Both the position numbers and the translations under genes were made by a program. This document shows positions 34,661 to 47,890 of a stretch of DNA of 64,000 nt, piece after piece. Positions within the stretch are counted from its first letter, which is position 1. Each line of letters starts with the position of its first letter. The notes below the pieces were generated by a model, which did no database searches, had not been told where the DNA came from, and saw only the letters and a list, made by a program, of their open reading frames with translations. The stretch is from Octopus sinensis (lineage: Eukaryota), in assembly GCF_006345805.1 (NCBI RefSeq), contig NC_043002.1, forward strand, positions 104,966,001 through 105,030,000. The letters are read 5' to 3'.

Positions 34661-37355
34661 TTGTTTTTTACTTTACGTAAATGCTAGTATAAGTCACTCT
34701 TTCTCCGCTGCCCAAGCATTAATAACCTGTTCTATTAACACTAAGCAAATGTCTTGAAATGATCTACGCTGGATGTGACTGCATCGTTTGAAATGGGAGG
34801 CCCCTATAATCTAAGTTGCAAACATGTATAAATATACAGTTTTAATTTCGTACATAGCGATGTTTTGTGGTTCGTATAGATTTAAAACACGTTATAAATC
34901 ACGTAAATGCACCCTACTCAAAGGAAAATCATTTTGATACCACATTTCCTTTCAAGTTTTACAAGAAATCCGTGCACGAACAAAAGAGATAATCAAATAA
35001 TCCATTCATACAGCATGGATTGATTTACAATATAGGCGTGGCGGAAACAGTCACAAAACTCTTCGTAAAGGGATTACTAGTGAATGAAAAAATCGAATCA
35101 ACAATGTCCTGTAACCGCAAGACACTAAAGTATTCTCTCAATACTAACAACTCCCATGGTAAATGTTTAAATCACTATAACCAGATACCACACATTACTA
35201 GGATCCTCTAGCTACCACATAGCGATAATTACCAACATTAGTCACATCTATCTAAGATTACATCCACATCTCCACCACTAGATACAAATATGCAAATAGC
35301 AAGGAACTGAACGTTCATTTTACATGTTTATTTCCGTAAGATCTACAAAACTGAGATTGTCCTCACAATGGAGTTCATTTGAGTTCGCAACCGGCACTGT
35401 AAAAACATTGTAACGTACAAATGCCATGCTCCGTATAATTATATTAGCTTTGCGATACAGTTTCGTCCCGCAAAGAATAAATGACTAATAAACAGCTCCC
35501 GTGCTGGGAAATACAAAGAACAATAATGATTATTGTGGGACATGTTGCAACAGTAATTCCTGTTAATATTTTCTCTTCATTACTTTATAATCACATACTC
35601 ATTTCATTATTATATCTATTGACTGTTTATGTTCAATATTATGAGGGCATCATGCCCTGCCGTCATAGGCTCATGCATTCGATTGCTGGACCGTTCAGCG
35701 TTTTGTGTCCAAGCGAAAAGGTTTCTGATCCATGTTAATTCGGTGCACTGATATGATATTAAGGACCCGTTGCAACAGCAATTAGCATTGCAGCTACTGT
35801 CATCCTCACTAGAGGTCTTTGAATGATCCTTCTAGGTTTCAGTTTCCCTATAGAAATGCTATCGAGTTAAATTCTAACGCATCTTCTTCAGAATTTCATT
35901 GACCACGACTTACCCTTAAATTATTTCTTATTGATTGTTGGCTATCATTATTGGGTTGTCAGTGATTTTTGAAAATTCTTTTTCTGTAGGATATGTTTTC
36001 TGATCTTTGAGGAAATTCAAAGATATATTGAAGTAACTGTAGAATTGTACAGCATCACATCTCAATGTAAGAAAAATATACACAAATGTATAAACATAGA
36101 AATAGAGTTATAGAGTGGTGGGGAGCAACACCAATACGATTCAATAAACGTGTGTGCGTATTTGTATCGTATGTTTTGTGTGTGTATGTGTGTGTATATA
36201 TATACATAGAAATCTCTATTTATATACAAATGTATTATATATACACATATAGATCTGAGTGTATTCTATAACTTCCGCTTTCCCTGAAAAGATATTTAGT
36301 GTGTGAGAAATTCAACGCGTTATTTGCTTAAACACATAATTACATATTTATCACCAGATATTTAAAATAGTATTTATCCCCCAGCCAATACAAACGACTG
36401 CATAACGTTGTTTTGTACGAAATGCCCTGATTTCATGAAATTGGCAATTATTTTGGTGCCGAGTAATTTTAGATTTACATTTCAGCCAATGAAAATGTTA
36501 TTTACAGCTAACTTTGCTAGTGATAGTTTGGTTCGTTTAAAGACACAATGGAGACAGGTATATTAAATGATGGACAAATGTAAATTACATACATTCGCTT
36601 GGATGATGCTGTATAAATGGTGAATAAACAAAGAAGCCGACCGTGAAAAAAACCAAAAATACCGTTTGGATAACTTTTAATGATTGCTGTTTATTGAAAG
36701 TTGTAAACAATCGATGCAAGGAATCTTCGACAATGTGTCTTCGTAGGTATTATTGCGGATGCTATTAAAATTCGCTTGTATCCTTAATATAAATGAAGAT
36801 AGAATGACCTCGGCGCTGCCTCATTATCTGAAAAGTACAACCGGATGATATCACGGACCAATGATTGGAACTGACAATTATCACTGTTTAGCTGCAACAG
36901 TCAAATCTTCATAGAATCACGCGCTAACACGCGCCATTCTATATTAGATAACGTAATCCGAGATAAACCGTCCAAAAGAAAGATACACGTTATACAGTCG
37001 CCATGATAGGTCTGGTTTGTGGGATTGAAAGACGAGGTTGACTATTATTAGCCACAAAAAAATAATGTTCATTTTATATCTTAAGCACAGGTAAATGATG
37101 AAGTCTTCGCGTATTAACTTCGCAAACAACTAACAACCAGAACTGTGTTTATTGTCTAAAAAATGGGATATAGATAAAGTGAGAGATATAGACAGAATAA
37201 ACAATGCACTTCGTATTCAACGGTTCACTGATTTTATGGTAGATCTGCACATCTGTGCTCGCCTGGAGAGCAAGAATAACAATAAAATATATACTGGATA
37301 TACATTTTATTTACCCGAAGAAAAAAACAATTTTTAATCTGTGTGTATGAGAGTA

Positions 37356-37403
<48 letters not shown>

Positions 37404-37793
37404 TGTATGGATGTATGAACAGATAGGTGGAAAGAATTATAGATAGATAGCGAGAGGGATAGAGAGAGAGAGAGAAAGGGAGAGATGTATAGATTGATAG
37501 ACACATATATATATTATATGTGTATATATATATATGTGCTTGGCCGGAGTGAGCAGTTGTCTGTTCGTCTTCGCTACGTAAGGTTGGTAGTTTATTTATG
37601 ATGTGTTCAGAATCAGTTCTGCTGATGATCATAAGACGTAAGTTGAATGTGAAATCACGGTGATACAGAACTAAATTCATTTTTTAAATGTCTTGCTTTG
37701 AAAAACTGCATTTGGGTATGATTAGTATAATTTTGGTAGTAATGACTTTGTCCCTCTTAGTGTGAGGTATTTATGTGTAATAATGCCCTCTAT

Positions 37794-37880
<87 letters not shown>

Positions 37881-37881
37881 G

Positions 37882-37939
<58 letters not shown>

Positions 37940-37984
37940 TATATATACATATATATACATATATATGTGGAGAGTGCATGTGTG

Positions 37985-38395
37985 TATAGGCTCAGGCGTG
38001 ACAATGTGGTAAGAAACTTGCTTCCCAATCACATGGTTCCGGGTTCAGTGCCACGTAGTGGCACTCTGAGCAAGTGTCTTCTAATATGGCATTAGTCTGA
38101 TCAAAGCCTTGTGAGGCGATTTGGTAGACGAAAACTGAAAGAGGCACATCGTATATATATATGTGTGTGTGTCTGTGTGTGTGTTTGTGTGCGTGTGTGT
38201 GTGTGTATTTTGTGTGTATTTGTGTTTCTAACCACCATCTCTTGACAACCGATGTTTACGTCCTTGTAACTTAGCGGTTCGGGAAAAGAGACCAATAGAA
38301 AAAGTACTAAGCTTACAAGAATAAGTCCTGGCGTCGATTTGTTCGACTACAGACGGTGCTCCTGTATGGTCGCAGTGAAAATATATATAGCTATG
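37985..38395 (+). mobile_element. tRNA-derived SINE, family A, with internal (TG)n
   Basis: caggcgtgacaatgtggtaagaaacttgcttcccaatcacatggttccgggttcagtgccac...ttagcggttcggga...gtcgatttgttcgact. Homologous to 385-572. Confidence 0.75.
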
Positions 38396-39395
38396 TATGT
38401 ACGTATGTATGCGTGTATGTATAAGCAAGCATATCAATATGTAGTATATCAAGATACGCGCACCGTATAAGAACCACAGGTACACACATAGATTCATGTA
38501 CATATTGGTGTGCGGGGAAGATTTACGAGACACAACCCAGTGCTTTCGATTTTGTTTTACCTTTTAAACTCTCATTTCTAGTCACTTGCGCAAGTGTTGT
38601 CTGATATGGCCATAACCAACCAATATTTGTAGGGGAATTTGGTAAATAGAAACTACATATGCGGCAGAAAATGTGGGCTTTGGTTTTAATGATGAAACTC
38701 ATAATAGCATTTAACCTCAGAATCTTTGAGAACGAGATTCAATATCACATGTCTGCTAGGAATGAAAGAGGGATACTCCTCGTGGTATTGGCAAAGCACT
38801 GTTTTCCTCTATATTTCACCTTTGTTATGGATCGTGTCAGACTGTGTTGTGAACTGGATGCGGTTGTCATTCACGTTTTTCAGCAAAGTGCTCTACATTT
38901 AGGCATTCTTTCTCGAATGAACGATTATGAATCTTTATATTATTGATTTTGCTCTTCATATTATTGAACCAAGTACATACATATATAGAATAAAACTTTA
39001 TATATGAAGAACGTGAATTACACAAAATGACGAACACGGAAAACAGACAGTCATTCAGAGCCTTCATTCTTCAGTCAGAAACCGATTCATCATGGCAAAT
39101 TTCGGCTGTTTAATTCTGAGATTTGATCCAAAACGGCCAGCCCCAAGGAAAAGCTAAGCTATGGGCATTAGATTTCCTTGGTAGAAGGAAAGAATGTGAC
39201 AACAGAGACGAATAGGAAAACAAGAGACGAAGATAAAATTGGAAACAGTAAGGAATAAAAACAATTTTGAGACAAAATGGGACAAAAACAATTGATCAGC
39301 AGCGTAGAAAGCGATTACCTTTTCGGTAGAGATGACACGTGTAGTACAGGCGGCTGTCGCCAATGGAATGGCGTAGTAGCAGCAGGTTGCAAGGT

Positions 39396-39437
<42 letters not shown>

Positions 39438-39443
39438 ATATAT

Positions 39444-39474
<31 letters not shown>

Positions 39475-40047
39475 TTGTTGTCGTTACTCAAAATGTGCTT
39501 TCGGTGGTGCTATGCTTTCTTGTAAAATGGTCATAAGTTCTTTTTGTTTTTCTAATTTTCTCGCATTTTTTTCTGTGTTCATAATTATTTATCTTTTACA
39601 GTTTCTTTGCCACTGTTTTATCTTAATCAATATTTATTCTGCAGTACACCATCTGACATTTTAATATCAATGTTCTCCAAGGTTTACTCTTAAATTATTC
39701 ATCGCATTTCCCAAGGCCTCAATAATATTTGTCAGGATCGTGAGCTTCTGGCATCGCTTCCACGATTATATACTTCAAGTTGGTAAAATCATCTTTTTTT
39801 ACATTTTTACCGCTTACTCTGTTTAATCGGCTATCGTTCCTATCAAAATGCATCCGAGATCCATTACCTTGCATTGGTCATTCTTCTTGCCAGAAACCTG
39901 AAACACCCAGCCTACAGTGTGCCATTTTCCTTTTGGTTTATCACGGAAGTTCCAGAAAACAAATTTATTGCTGCCTGAGTCTCCCGTTGCTGATCTTATT
40001 ACTTTTATCTATTATCTAATCATCACAATCCCCATGATCATCATCAC

Positions 40048-40098
<51 letters not shown>

Positions 40099-40239
40099 CA
40101 TTATTATTATTATTATTGTTATTATTATTATTACTATTATTATTATTATCATTATTATTATTATTAAGAGAGCGGTGCATGCCATCAAAGTGACACTGGA
40201 GTACAAATATACGAAGCCCATTATGACTACCCGTCTGAT

Positions 40240-40284
<45 letters not shown>

Positions 40285-40302
40285 CAGCAGCAGCAGCAGC
40301 AT

Positions 40303-40335
<33 letters not shown>

Positions 40336-40398
40336 CAGCAGCAGCAGCAGTAGCAGTAGCAGTAGCAGTAGCAGTAGCAGCAGCAGTAGTAATAGTAA

Positions 40399-40431
<33 letters not shown>

Positions 40432-40432
<1 letters not shown>

Positions 40433-40620
40433 TAACACGCCGGATAAAATGCTTAGAGGTATTTCGTCCGTGTTTTTGTACTGAATTCTGATTCCGGCGA
40501 CGTCGACTTTGCCTTTCAACATTACAGAGTCGATAAATTAAGTACCATTGAAACAATGGGGACAATGTAATCGACTAGTCCCTTCCTCCCAAATTTCAGG
40601 CCTCGTGCCTTTAGTTGAAA
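40432..40620 (+). mobile_element. tRNA-derived SINE, family C
   Basis: gttaacacgccggataaaatgcttag.ggtatttcgtc...gtcgactttgcctttca...gtcgataaattaagtacca. Confidence 0.7.
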
Positions 40621-40634
40621 TGATTGTTACTATT

Positions 40635-42240
40635 ATTATAAACTTCGCACGGTATACAACATGGTGAGGTTGTTGATTGAAAATATTGTGTCTGTTGGGG
40701 GTTTGTACTGTTTGTCAAATCACAACAAGGTCCTCAGACAGACAGTACTTTACACAATATCCATGCTGTTCCAAGTAATGCCGACTTTTGCAATAAATCT
40801 AGATTGTAGGGTATTTCTAAGATTTTCGTATGCTTTTTTCAGAATGGGTAGTATTGAACCCGATGCTCCAATCATAATAGGGTTAAACTTTATGTTCAAC
40901 TCCCGCAGCTGCCACATCTTAGCGATCTCAATTCTCAGGACTCCATATTTATCAACTTTTTCTCTTTCTTTAATGAAGATCTCCTGGCACTGCTACGTCG
41001 ATTATTAAGCACACTTGTTTGTCCTCCCTTCGGTGCTCTAACAGTTTGTCTGTCTGGAAATCAAAGTCCCAGAGGATTTTTGCCTTCCCCTTTTTCGTCC
41101 ATTATCACTTCTGCTGTACGTTGGTACCACCCACCCGTAACCTCATATCCATAGCTACGGCACTGTAGCCAGTGGAGTCTTTGGGCTACTTTCTCGTGTC
41201 TATGCTTGTACTCTTTCTGTGCAAGACTTTCACAAGCACTAACAATGTGAGTCTCACTTTCAACCCTCTTCCCACACACTCTGCAGAGGTCCGATGCACT
41301 TAAGTTATATATATCCTTTTTCACTGAGTTGGTATTCAATGCCTGGTCCTGGGCCGCGATGATTAGGCTTTCCGTATTCATTTTTAAGCCACCTTTCTGG
41401 AGCCACCTCCATGAAGCTCTCTAGTCTTTTAATCTGTTGGTTTTACGGTGGAACTCTCCACCGTAAGTAGTAGGTTTATTCTCTCCCGTTGACTGTTCTT
41501 GTTCGGAGTGGAGGCGCAATGGCCCACTGGTTAGGGCAGCGGATTCGCGGTCATAGGATCGCGGTTTCGATTCCCAGACCGGGCGTTGTGAGTGGTTATT
41601 GAGCGAAAACACCTAAAAGCTCCACGAGGCTCCGGCAGGGATGGTGGTGATCCCTGCTGTACTCTTTCACCACAACCTTCTCTCACTCTTACTTCCTGTT
41701 TCTGTTGTACCTGTATTTCAAAGGGCCGGCCTTGTCACTCTCTGTGTCACGCTGAATATCCCTGAGAACTACGTTAAGGGTACACGTGTCTGTGGAGTGC
41801 TCAGCCACTTACACGTTAATTTCACGAGCAGGCTGTTCCGTTGATCGGATCAACCGGAACCCTCGTCGTCGTAACCGACGGAATGCTTCCCCTCCTTCTT
41901 GTTCGGAATTCATGAGCACTCTTAAGTTCATTTTTGTTAACTCCTGCTGCACTAAGTGTTGCAGGTCTTCTTTGCTGTTTTCCATATATTCTGGTATGTT
42001 TCTCCTTCCACTGTTGATGCACTCTCGTACGCTAACCGGCCCACGTCCACTCTTACCTCTCTTCATGTAGAGCCTGTGTAAATTTCTTTAGGGTGAAGGG
42101 CACCATGCATTGTCATTGCTTTTCGGGTAGTCCGATCGAGTTCCTCAATGTCCGCTTGTGTCCATTCCAGGATGGGTGCACCACATCGGACTACAACAAC
42201 AGCCGATACCTAAATGGCAGTCTCAAGGTTTCTTGGGCTC
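40635..42240 (-). mobile_element. R4/Dong-like element 6 (fourth family), 5'-truncated, degraded, interrupted by a SINE
   Basis: RGPVSVRECI (thumb). SWRWLQKGGLKMNTESLIIAAQDQAL, CRVCGKRVESETHIVSAC, RHE, ILWDFDFQTDK, CLIIDVAVPGD. 5' end abuts (TTA/TAG)n at 42253-42390. Confidence 0.8.
41508..41895 (+). mobile_element. tRNA-derived SINE, family B, full length with 12-bp TSD
   Basis: ttcttgttcgga is duplicated at 41496-41507 and 41896-41907. Intact A/B-box head. Confidence 0.92.
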
Positions 42241-42261
42241 AAGAGAAGTTTTTATTATTAA

Positions 42262-42307
<46 letters not shown>

Positions 42308-42309
42308 AT

Positions 42310-42356
<47 letters not shown>

Positions 42357-42824
42357 ATAATAGTAGTAGTAGTAGTAGTAGTATCGTCGTCGTCGTCGTT
42401 GTTGTTGTTGTTGTTTTCGTCTTCACTAAACTTACTGCACTCTAATTATGGTCAGTAGATTAATTAATCTTGAGATTTTGTGACAAATTTCCTGAAATCT
42501 CGTGACTCCTTAAAATTGTTGCGAACTCAAGTCCGGTAACATTTCTACGGGTTAACAATACGAGCCTCACATTCAATGACTTTCAGTCCCTTAAATTGTA
42601 GCTTTAACAGTGGCCCATGTTCACCATGGACCGCAGGAAAAATTTTACTTCCTGTGTTTGACAATCCCTTCGTCTTTCAGGCTACATCCGAATATCTCAC
42701 AATTTTCTCTCCTTAAATTTTATATTCTATCACTTGCGATTGTAACGCCGATTATCTGTAGATTATATCTAAATACATTTGTTCTACGATATTCCTTTCT
42801 ATACTAGGCAACAGGCCTGAAATT

Positions 42825-42960
42825 TTGGGGCAGGGGACCAGTAGATTTGATCGACCCCAGTACGCAACTGGTACTTAATTTATCGACTTCTAAAGGAAGA
42901 AAGGTAAATTCGACCTTAGCGGAATTTATTTGCTCTATGATACACGTGCTATGTCGGACA
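42825..42960 (-). mobile_element. SINE family C fragment
   Basis: tcgaccccagtacgcaactggtacttaatttatcgac...gaaaggtaaattcgacctt.gcggaattt is the reverse complement of the 56020-56250 body. Confidence 0.7.
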
Positions 42961-43479
42961 TTAATTGAGACACAGCCCCTAAAGCAAAATTTAAAAGAAA
43001 AAAACCTTTTAGAAGACTTCCACCAAATATTTGCTCACTAGAACTCACTTTTGGCAAAACAAATTTAAACTCCACTCGCAGCAACAGTAGACTATGATTT
43101 CTATAAAATCTTCTGCTTCAAACAAGTGCTGAGATATAAATGAGTCGAATTCCGCTCTACATTGTTCTTTCAGACATACGATGCAAGGCTGCCAAGCTTC
43201 AGCCTGGTTATGGACCAACACAGAACACATCTCACACACTTAATACATTAATATCTGTCAGTGAGGTAACCTGATTCTCAGTCATTATGTGTGTGTGCGT
43301 GCCTGTGTATGTGCTTGTATTATGTATGTATGCGTGCATATACGTATATATGTATGTAAATGTATGTAGATCTTATTATTTTCCTTTTAAATCTGGTGCT
43401 AGACTATCGGACAATGTTTGCTGAATTGCTAAGTGACAGGAAAGTAAACAAGCCGGTTGTCAAGTGGCACGGGACGGAG

Positions 43480-43680
43480 TTGATAAACACAGATAGAAAA
43501 TCACGCACTTATACCACGGGCTTCCGTACAGTTTTCGTCTATCAAATTAACTCACAATACATGGGTAGACCCTGGATTATGGTAGCTGACACATGACCAA
43601 GGTGCCGCGCAGTGGGACTCAGCTGGAAGCCCCAAAGTCGCATGCCGACAAAATGAGTTTCTTGACCACACAATCGTATT
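43480..43680 (-). mobile_element. SINE family A fragment
   Basis: tttcgtctatcaaattaactcacaa...caaggtgccgcgcagtgggact...gagtttcttgaccacacaatc. Confidence 0.6.
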
Positions 43681-44605
43681 TATCTCTGTATATGTGTGGA
43701 TAAGTGTGTATATGCGTATGTAGTCTTGAACGTTGTCCTTCGCATCCGTATGTCCAACGAATTACCCAAGGTATGACGTCTCTGCTGGAGTAAATGCTGA
43801 CAGAAGCAGCCTATCAATGACAAATCTTGACAAATCTTCAAAGCAACCTATTAAGGAAATGGTGACGACGTGGTTCGATTTTGCTAAAAATAGCAGCTAA
43901 GACACTAGCAAGGCATACATTATTGCTTATAAGTCGTGAAAGGGAGATCGCTTTGTATAACGAGGACTTAATAAATATATATTTACGAAGAAAATCATCA
44001 GAGCAAAGCCACAGCTGGAATCGTTTGTCATAGTTTTGCTCGACACAAGCCTATACAACTTCAACAACACCGTCATTAACAGGAAGATTATCATTAGGGT
44101 TAAAAACAAGAATAACATGAAAACGTAGCAGCAACAAGGCCTACATAATAAATTATGAATTGCTTATTTGATTATCTTCTCGTTTAATGAATTTTCTTTA
44201 TATCTACACAAAACAAGAAGCTGACTGTTGAATAGTGTATAAATGAGATGGCGGAGAGTAGAAAATAGACTATACAGTGTCGCTTCATCTGAATTTCAAT
44301 TAGATTCCCCTATATTCGAGAATAGTCAATGCCAATAACACACATCTCTCACCCTAACCCGCTTAGTTATATTTATCTCATTGTCTATATTTCAATGATT
44401 TACAAACCAACTGATCAGCCATCCACCCCCACACATACATATACGCACGCACACGTACATGCCCACACACACACACATAGGTATATACACACACACTACC
44501 GTTTTCTTTTTTATTTAAAATTTCTTTGTTTTAATCTCTTTTCTGAGTATATTGCTTAGTCATGTGTTATATACAAACGTACACACGGAAAATGAGACGC
44601 ACACT

Positions 44606-44640
<35 letters not shown>

Positions 44641-44684
44641 TCACACATACATACTACACATACGCGTCCAAACGAACACATAAG

Positions 44685-44716
<32 letters not shown>

Positions 44717-45349
44717 GATGTGTATAGGTACGTATACTACACACACACATATACATATATAACATATATGTTCATATATATATATATATATATAGATATA
44801 TATATATATATATATATATACAGACACAGACACATTCACACACACATACTCACTCACACACACATTCACGCACACATACTCACACACATATATATGTATA
44901 TCTTTCTGACGATTATTTCTTCTGAGAAAATTGACCTATAATTATAAATACCTATATATACATTATGATAGTCCTGGAAATATTTCCGACTACGCCGACG
45001 CTGACGTAGACGGCGCTGCTGAGGGCGATGCTGACGGCGAAGGCGAACGCGATGACGACAGTGAAAGCAACGACAACGTAGGTGATGACTACGAAGGCGA
45101 TGATGGCGAAGGCCATGACGGTGATAGCGACGATGATGACGATGATGGTGATAATGATATTGTTGTTGTTGTTGGGTGTGGTGACGTTGGTTGTGAGACA
45201 ATTAACAATAATGATGAGGATGGCGTTGATCAAGATCTAGGTTGTATTCACATGCGGTCTCCTTTATACCTGAGTCTCTCGTTGAATATGTTTGTCTCTA
45301 ATTGTTCCGTTGTTTTGAATTAAAATTTGTTGATATGTTTGTGTACGTA

Positions 45350-46110
45350 TCAGGTTGGTGAGAAGGTAATGGCCCATTTCTTACGAAACAGTTTAGATGT
45401 TATTTTTTTGTTTTGAAATTGTGCCTCTTGCAATGTTTTAAGAATGTCACAATGAGTTAAACAATTTCTTTCAGATTCTGATTGTATTGGCCCTCAACTT
45501 CTCCTATATTCGCACCCATGTTCGTCCCATCTAAAGGTCACGTTAGACATGTCTTATTCTATGAGATTCGTAAAAGTGCAATTGCAAGCACAGCCACAAC
45601 GTGACTTCAGAGCGTTTTGTGGGATGATGTAGTAAGTGAAAAAGATATTCCAGGAGATTCTTTTCTCGCTTCAGAAGACGAGATTTGCATTTGAGAGACG
45701 AGCCAAAAGAAGGTCGTTCAAAACAACTTGATTCCGAACAGTTGGAAGCTGTTGTCACAGAAAATCCAACCGTTAATTGTAGAGAACTTGCAGAACAGTT
45801 TAAAGTAGCCTATACGACAGTTCTACGCCAACTGAAAAGGATCGAAAAGGTCTTAGGATTTGGAAAACTGGTCTCGCACGAAGTGTCTCAAGATACTCTG
45901 CAACAGCCTGTTGTTTGTTGTCAGTCATTGCTTTCACAACACCTTAAGGAACCATTTTTAGGAAGGCATGATACAAGTGATGAGAAGTGGATTCTTTACC
46001 ATAACGTTAAACGCCGCTGATCGTGGATCATTCGTGGAGGAAGACCTGTTCACCAACCAAGCTCTCATCCAAGGAAAGCAGCCGTTGAATATATGTGAAA
46101 TATGCAAATC
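45350..46110 (+). mobile_element. Mariner transposon 5' remnant (different family from 28240)
   Basis: TA|tcaggttggtgag left end. LHLRDEPKEGRS...NPTVNCRELAEQFKV...GKLVSHE...TSDEKWILYHNVKRR. The 3' half is missing. Confidence 0.8.
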
Positions 46111-47759
46111 CTTTTTCCTGATTTAGACATAAACGTATCGACGCAGATAATGACGTTAGCAATGACACCTTCTCTCGTCAGTAAAACGTAGGCTAACCTA
46201 TTTAGGATTAAATTAGGTTTGAAATGGCGTCGTCTGATGGTCATCATTTTTCTGTGTAAAATTGGGCAGATATCTACTTTCAACTACCATACGACAAATC
46301 TATTTTATTTACGAATGCAGTGATGGCTTAAGTTTTTGAGGTTTCTCCGTAATAAACTTTAGTATGAAAGCCTAATACTGCTAGCACGTCGTTTCTTCTC
46401 GTAACAAATAGATTTGTCAATACTATAGAAGCGCGAGTACAGTGATCGAGAAGAAAGACGTTGCAGAGCATTGTATTTGGCTCTGCTTATTTCTTCTCTA
46501 TAGAGGTGACTCGGTACTTGTTGGATCAAAGACATCTGTTACCTGAATGCTGAGAAATCTCCACTACACAAAGCTATATTCTGAATCTTTCAAGGAAAAC
46601 TCATCCTCGCTTATAATGACACTTTAGGTTCGCTTCAGAGAGGTTTTATATCACATTGATATTGCTTAAGCAGAAGATAACCAGAAGCAAGATGACCAGA
46701 TGAAACTGGTTTTCGAACATAAGTGTTTTGTACTCAAGATGTCTGACTCCCTCTTCCAAGTTAATATCTTATTAGCAATCTCTGTATAACATTGGTTGTA
46801 TAGCATGACAGCCATTTTGTATTCGCACGACTTTACAGAATTTGTGACATTGCGGATGGAAACTTTTGAATTTCCTTATCTGCTTATAATATACGGACTA
46901 TAATTCTACACCATACATCGCTATACTAGGCAACATTGATTTATATATGCTTGACATTGTGTATATCATCCAACATCCGAATCATTCGGAAGCCGATTTG
47001 TCAACTTGTCAAGAGCAACATATATTTTTGCCTAATCTTATGGAGTAATCGAGATTCATTGTAGGTGTATATGTTATATATATTATGTGGCCGCAATCCT
47101 TTACCATTTTTTGCACATACCTATTAATATAGATTTCAGGATTATTTGAGATGCATTTACTCCTAATTCTGGATTGGTTAAAAATGCATATTATTCACGT
47201 GAATTGTAAAACTACAGTCGTTTGCAGCAGCAGACAAATATGCTACACCTCTTTAAACAACTTTAAGTGAATGGGTAAAAATGGGTCGCCAAGTGCAATT
47301 TACTCATAAGCAATTCTGATTTCTATATTTTAGAATGGAGTCATTGAATGTTGAAAAATGTTGTCATCAGTTCGAAACTGAATCTTGCAATTGGCTCTTC
47401 TTTGAAAGTTGTATTAAGGAGAGGGTTGTATTAACGATATTCGCATTCAGTTTTTTAAAAGTTGCAAAGATATCCATAAAACACGGGAAGAAACAATATT
47501 GGACAAAACATAGACTCTTAGAATTATGCTGTTACATGTCTATGTTGTAATATAAATGAAAACTGTGAAGTGATACAAATTTGCATTCTAGTGTGTAACT
47601 AACGATAACAAGGCTAAAAACTATAAGAAGTTATTATATTTCACGGGATTCGTTGAAGATCCCTACTAAGTTCGGCCTTGGCAATAATTTTCCCTCTAAT
47701 TACAAAGAAATACCGCGGTGATCATCACAGACTGTATATTCCTATTTACTATTTTACAG

Positions 47760-47890
47760 GTGGGCTTTATGGCTTTATTGCTTATATTGTGAAAGTGGTT
47801 TGCTGTGGTTACCTTACAATGGTTTTGCAATCTTGGCTTCATGAGGAAGAAATACAACGCCGTATGCCTTTCCTGCACCGGGCATCGTAA
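47760..47890 (+). CDS. Candidate last coding exon of an unidentified membrane protein (xGLYGFIAYIVKVVCCGYLTMVLQSWLHEEEIQRRMPFLHRAS*)
   Basis: Strong acceptor cctatttactattttacag|G. A hydrophobic segment followed by a charged tail and TAA, in microsatellite-free sequence. Confidence 0.4.

Noticed and set aside
44931-45323. Asp/Gly-rich 130-aa ORF (DADVDGAAEGDADGEGE...)
   Set aside because: A degenerate GAY/GGY trinucleotide tract grading into (GAT)n/(GTT)n and open in several frames on both strands. No splice or homology support.
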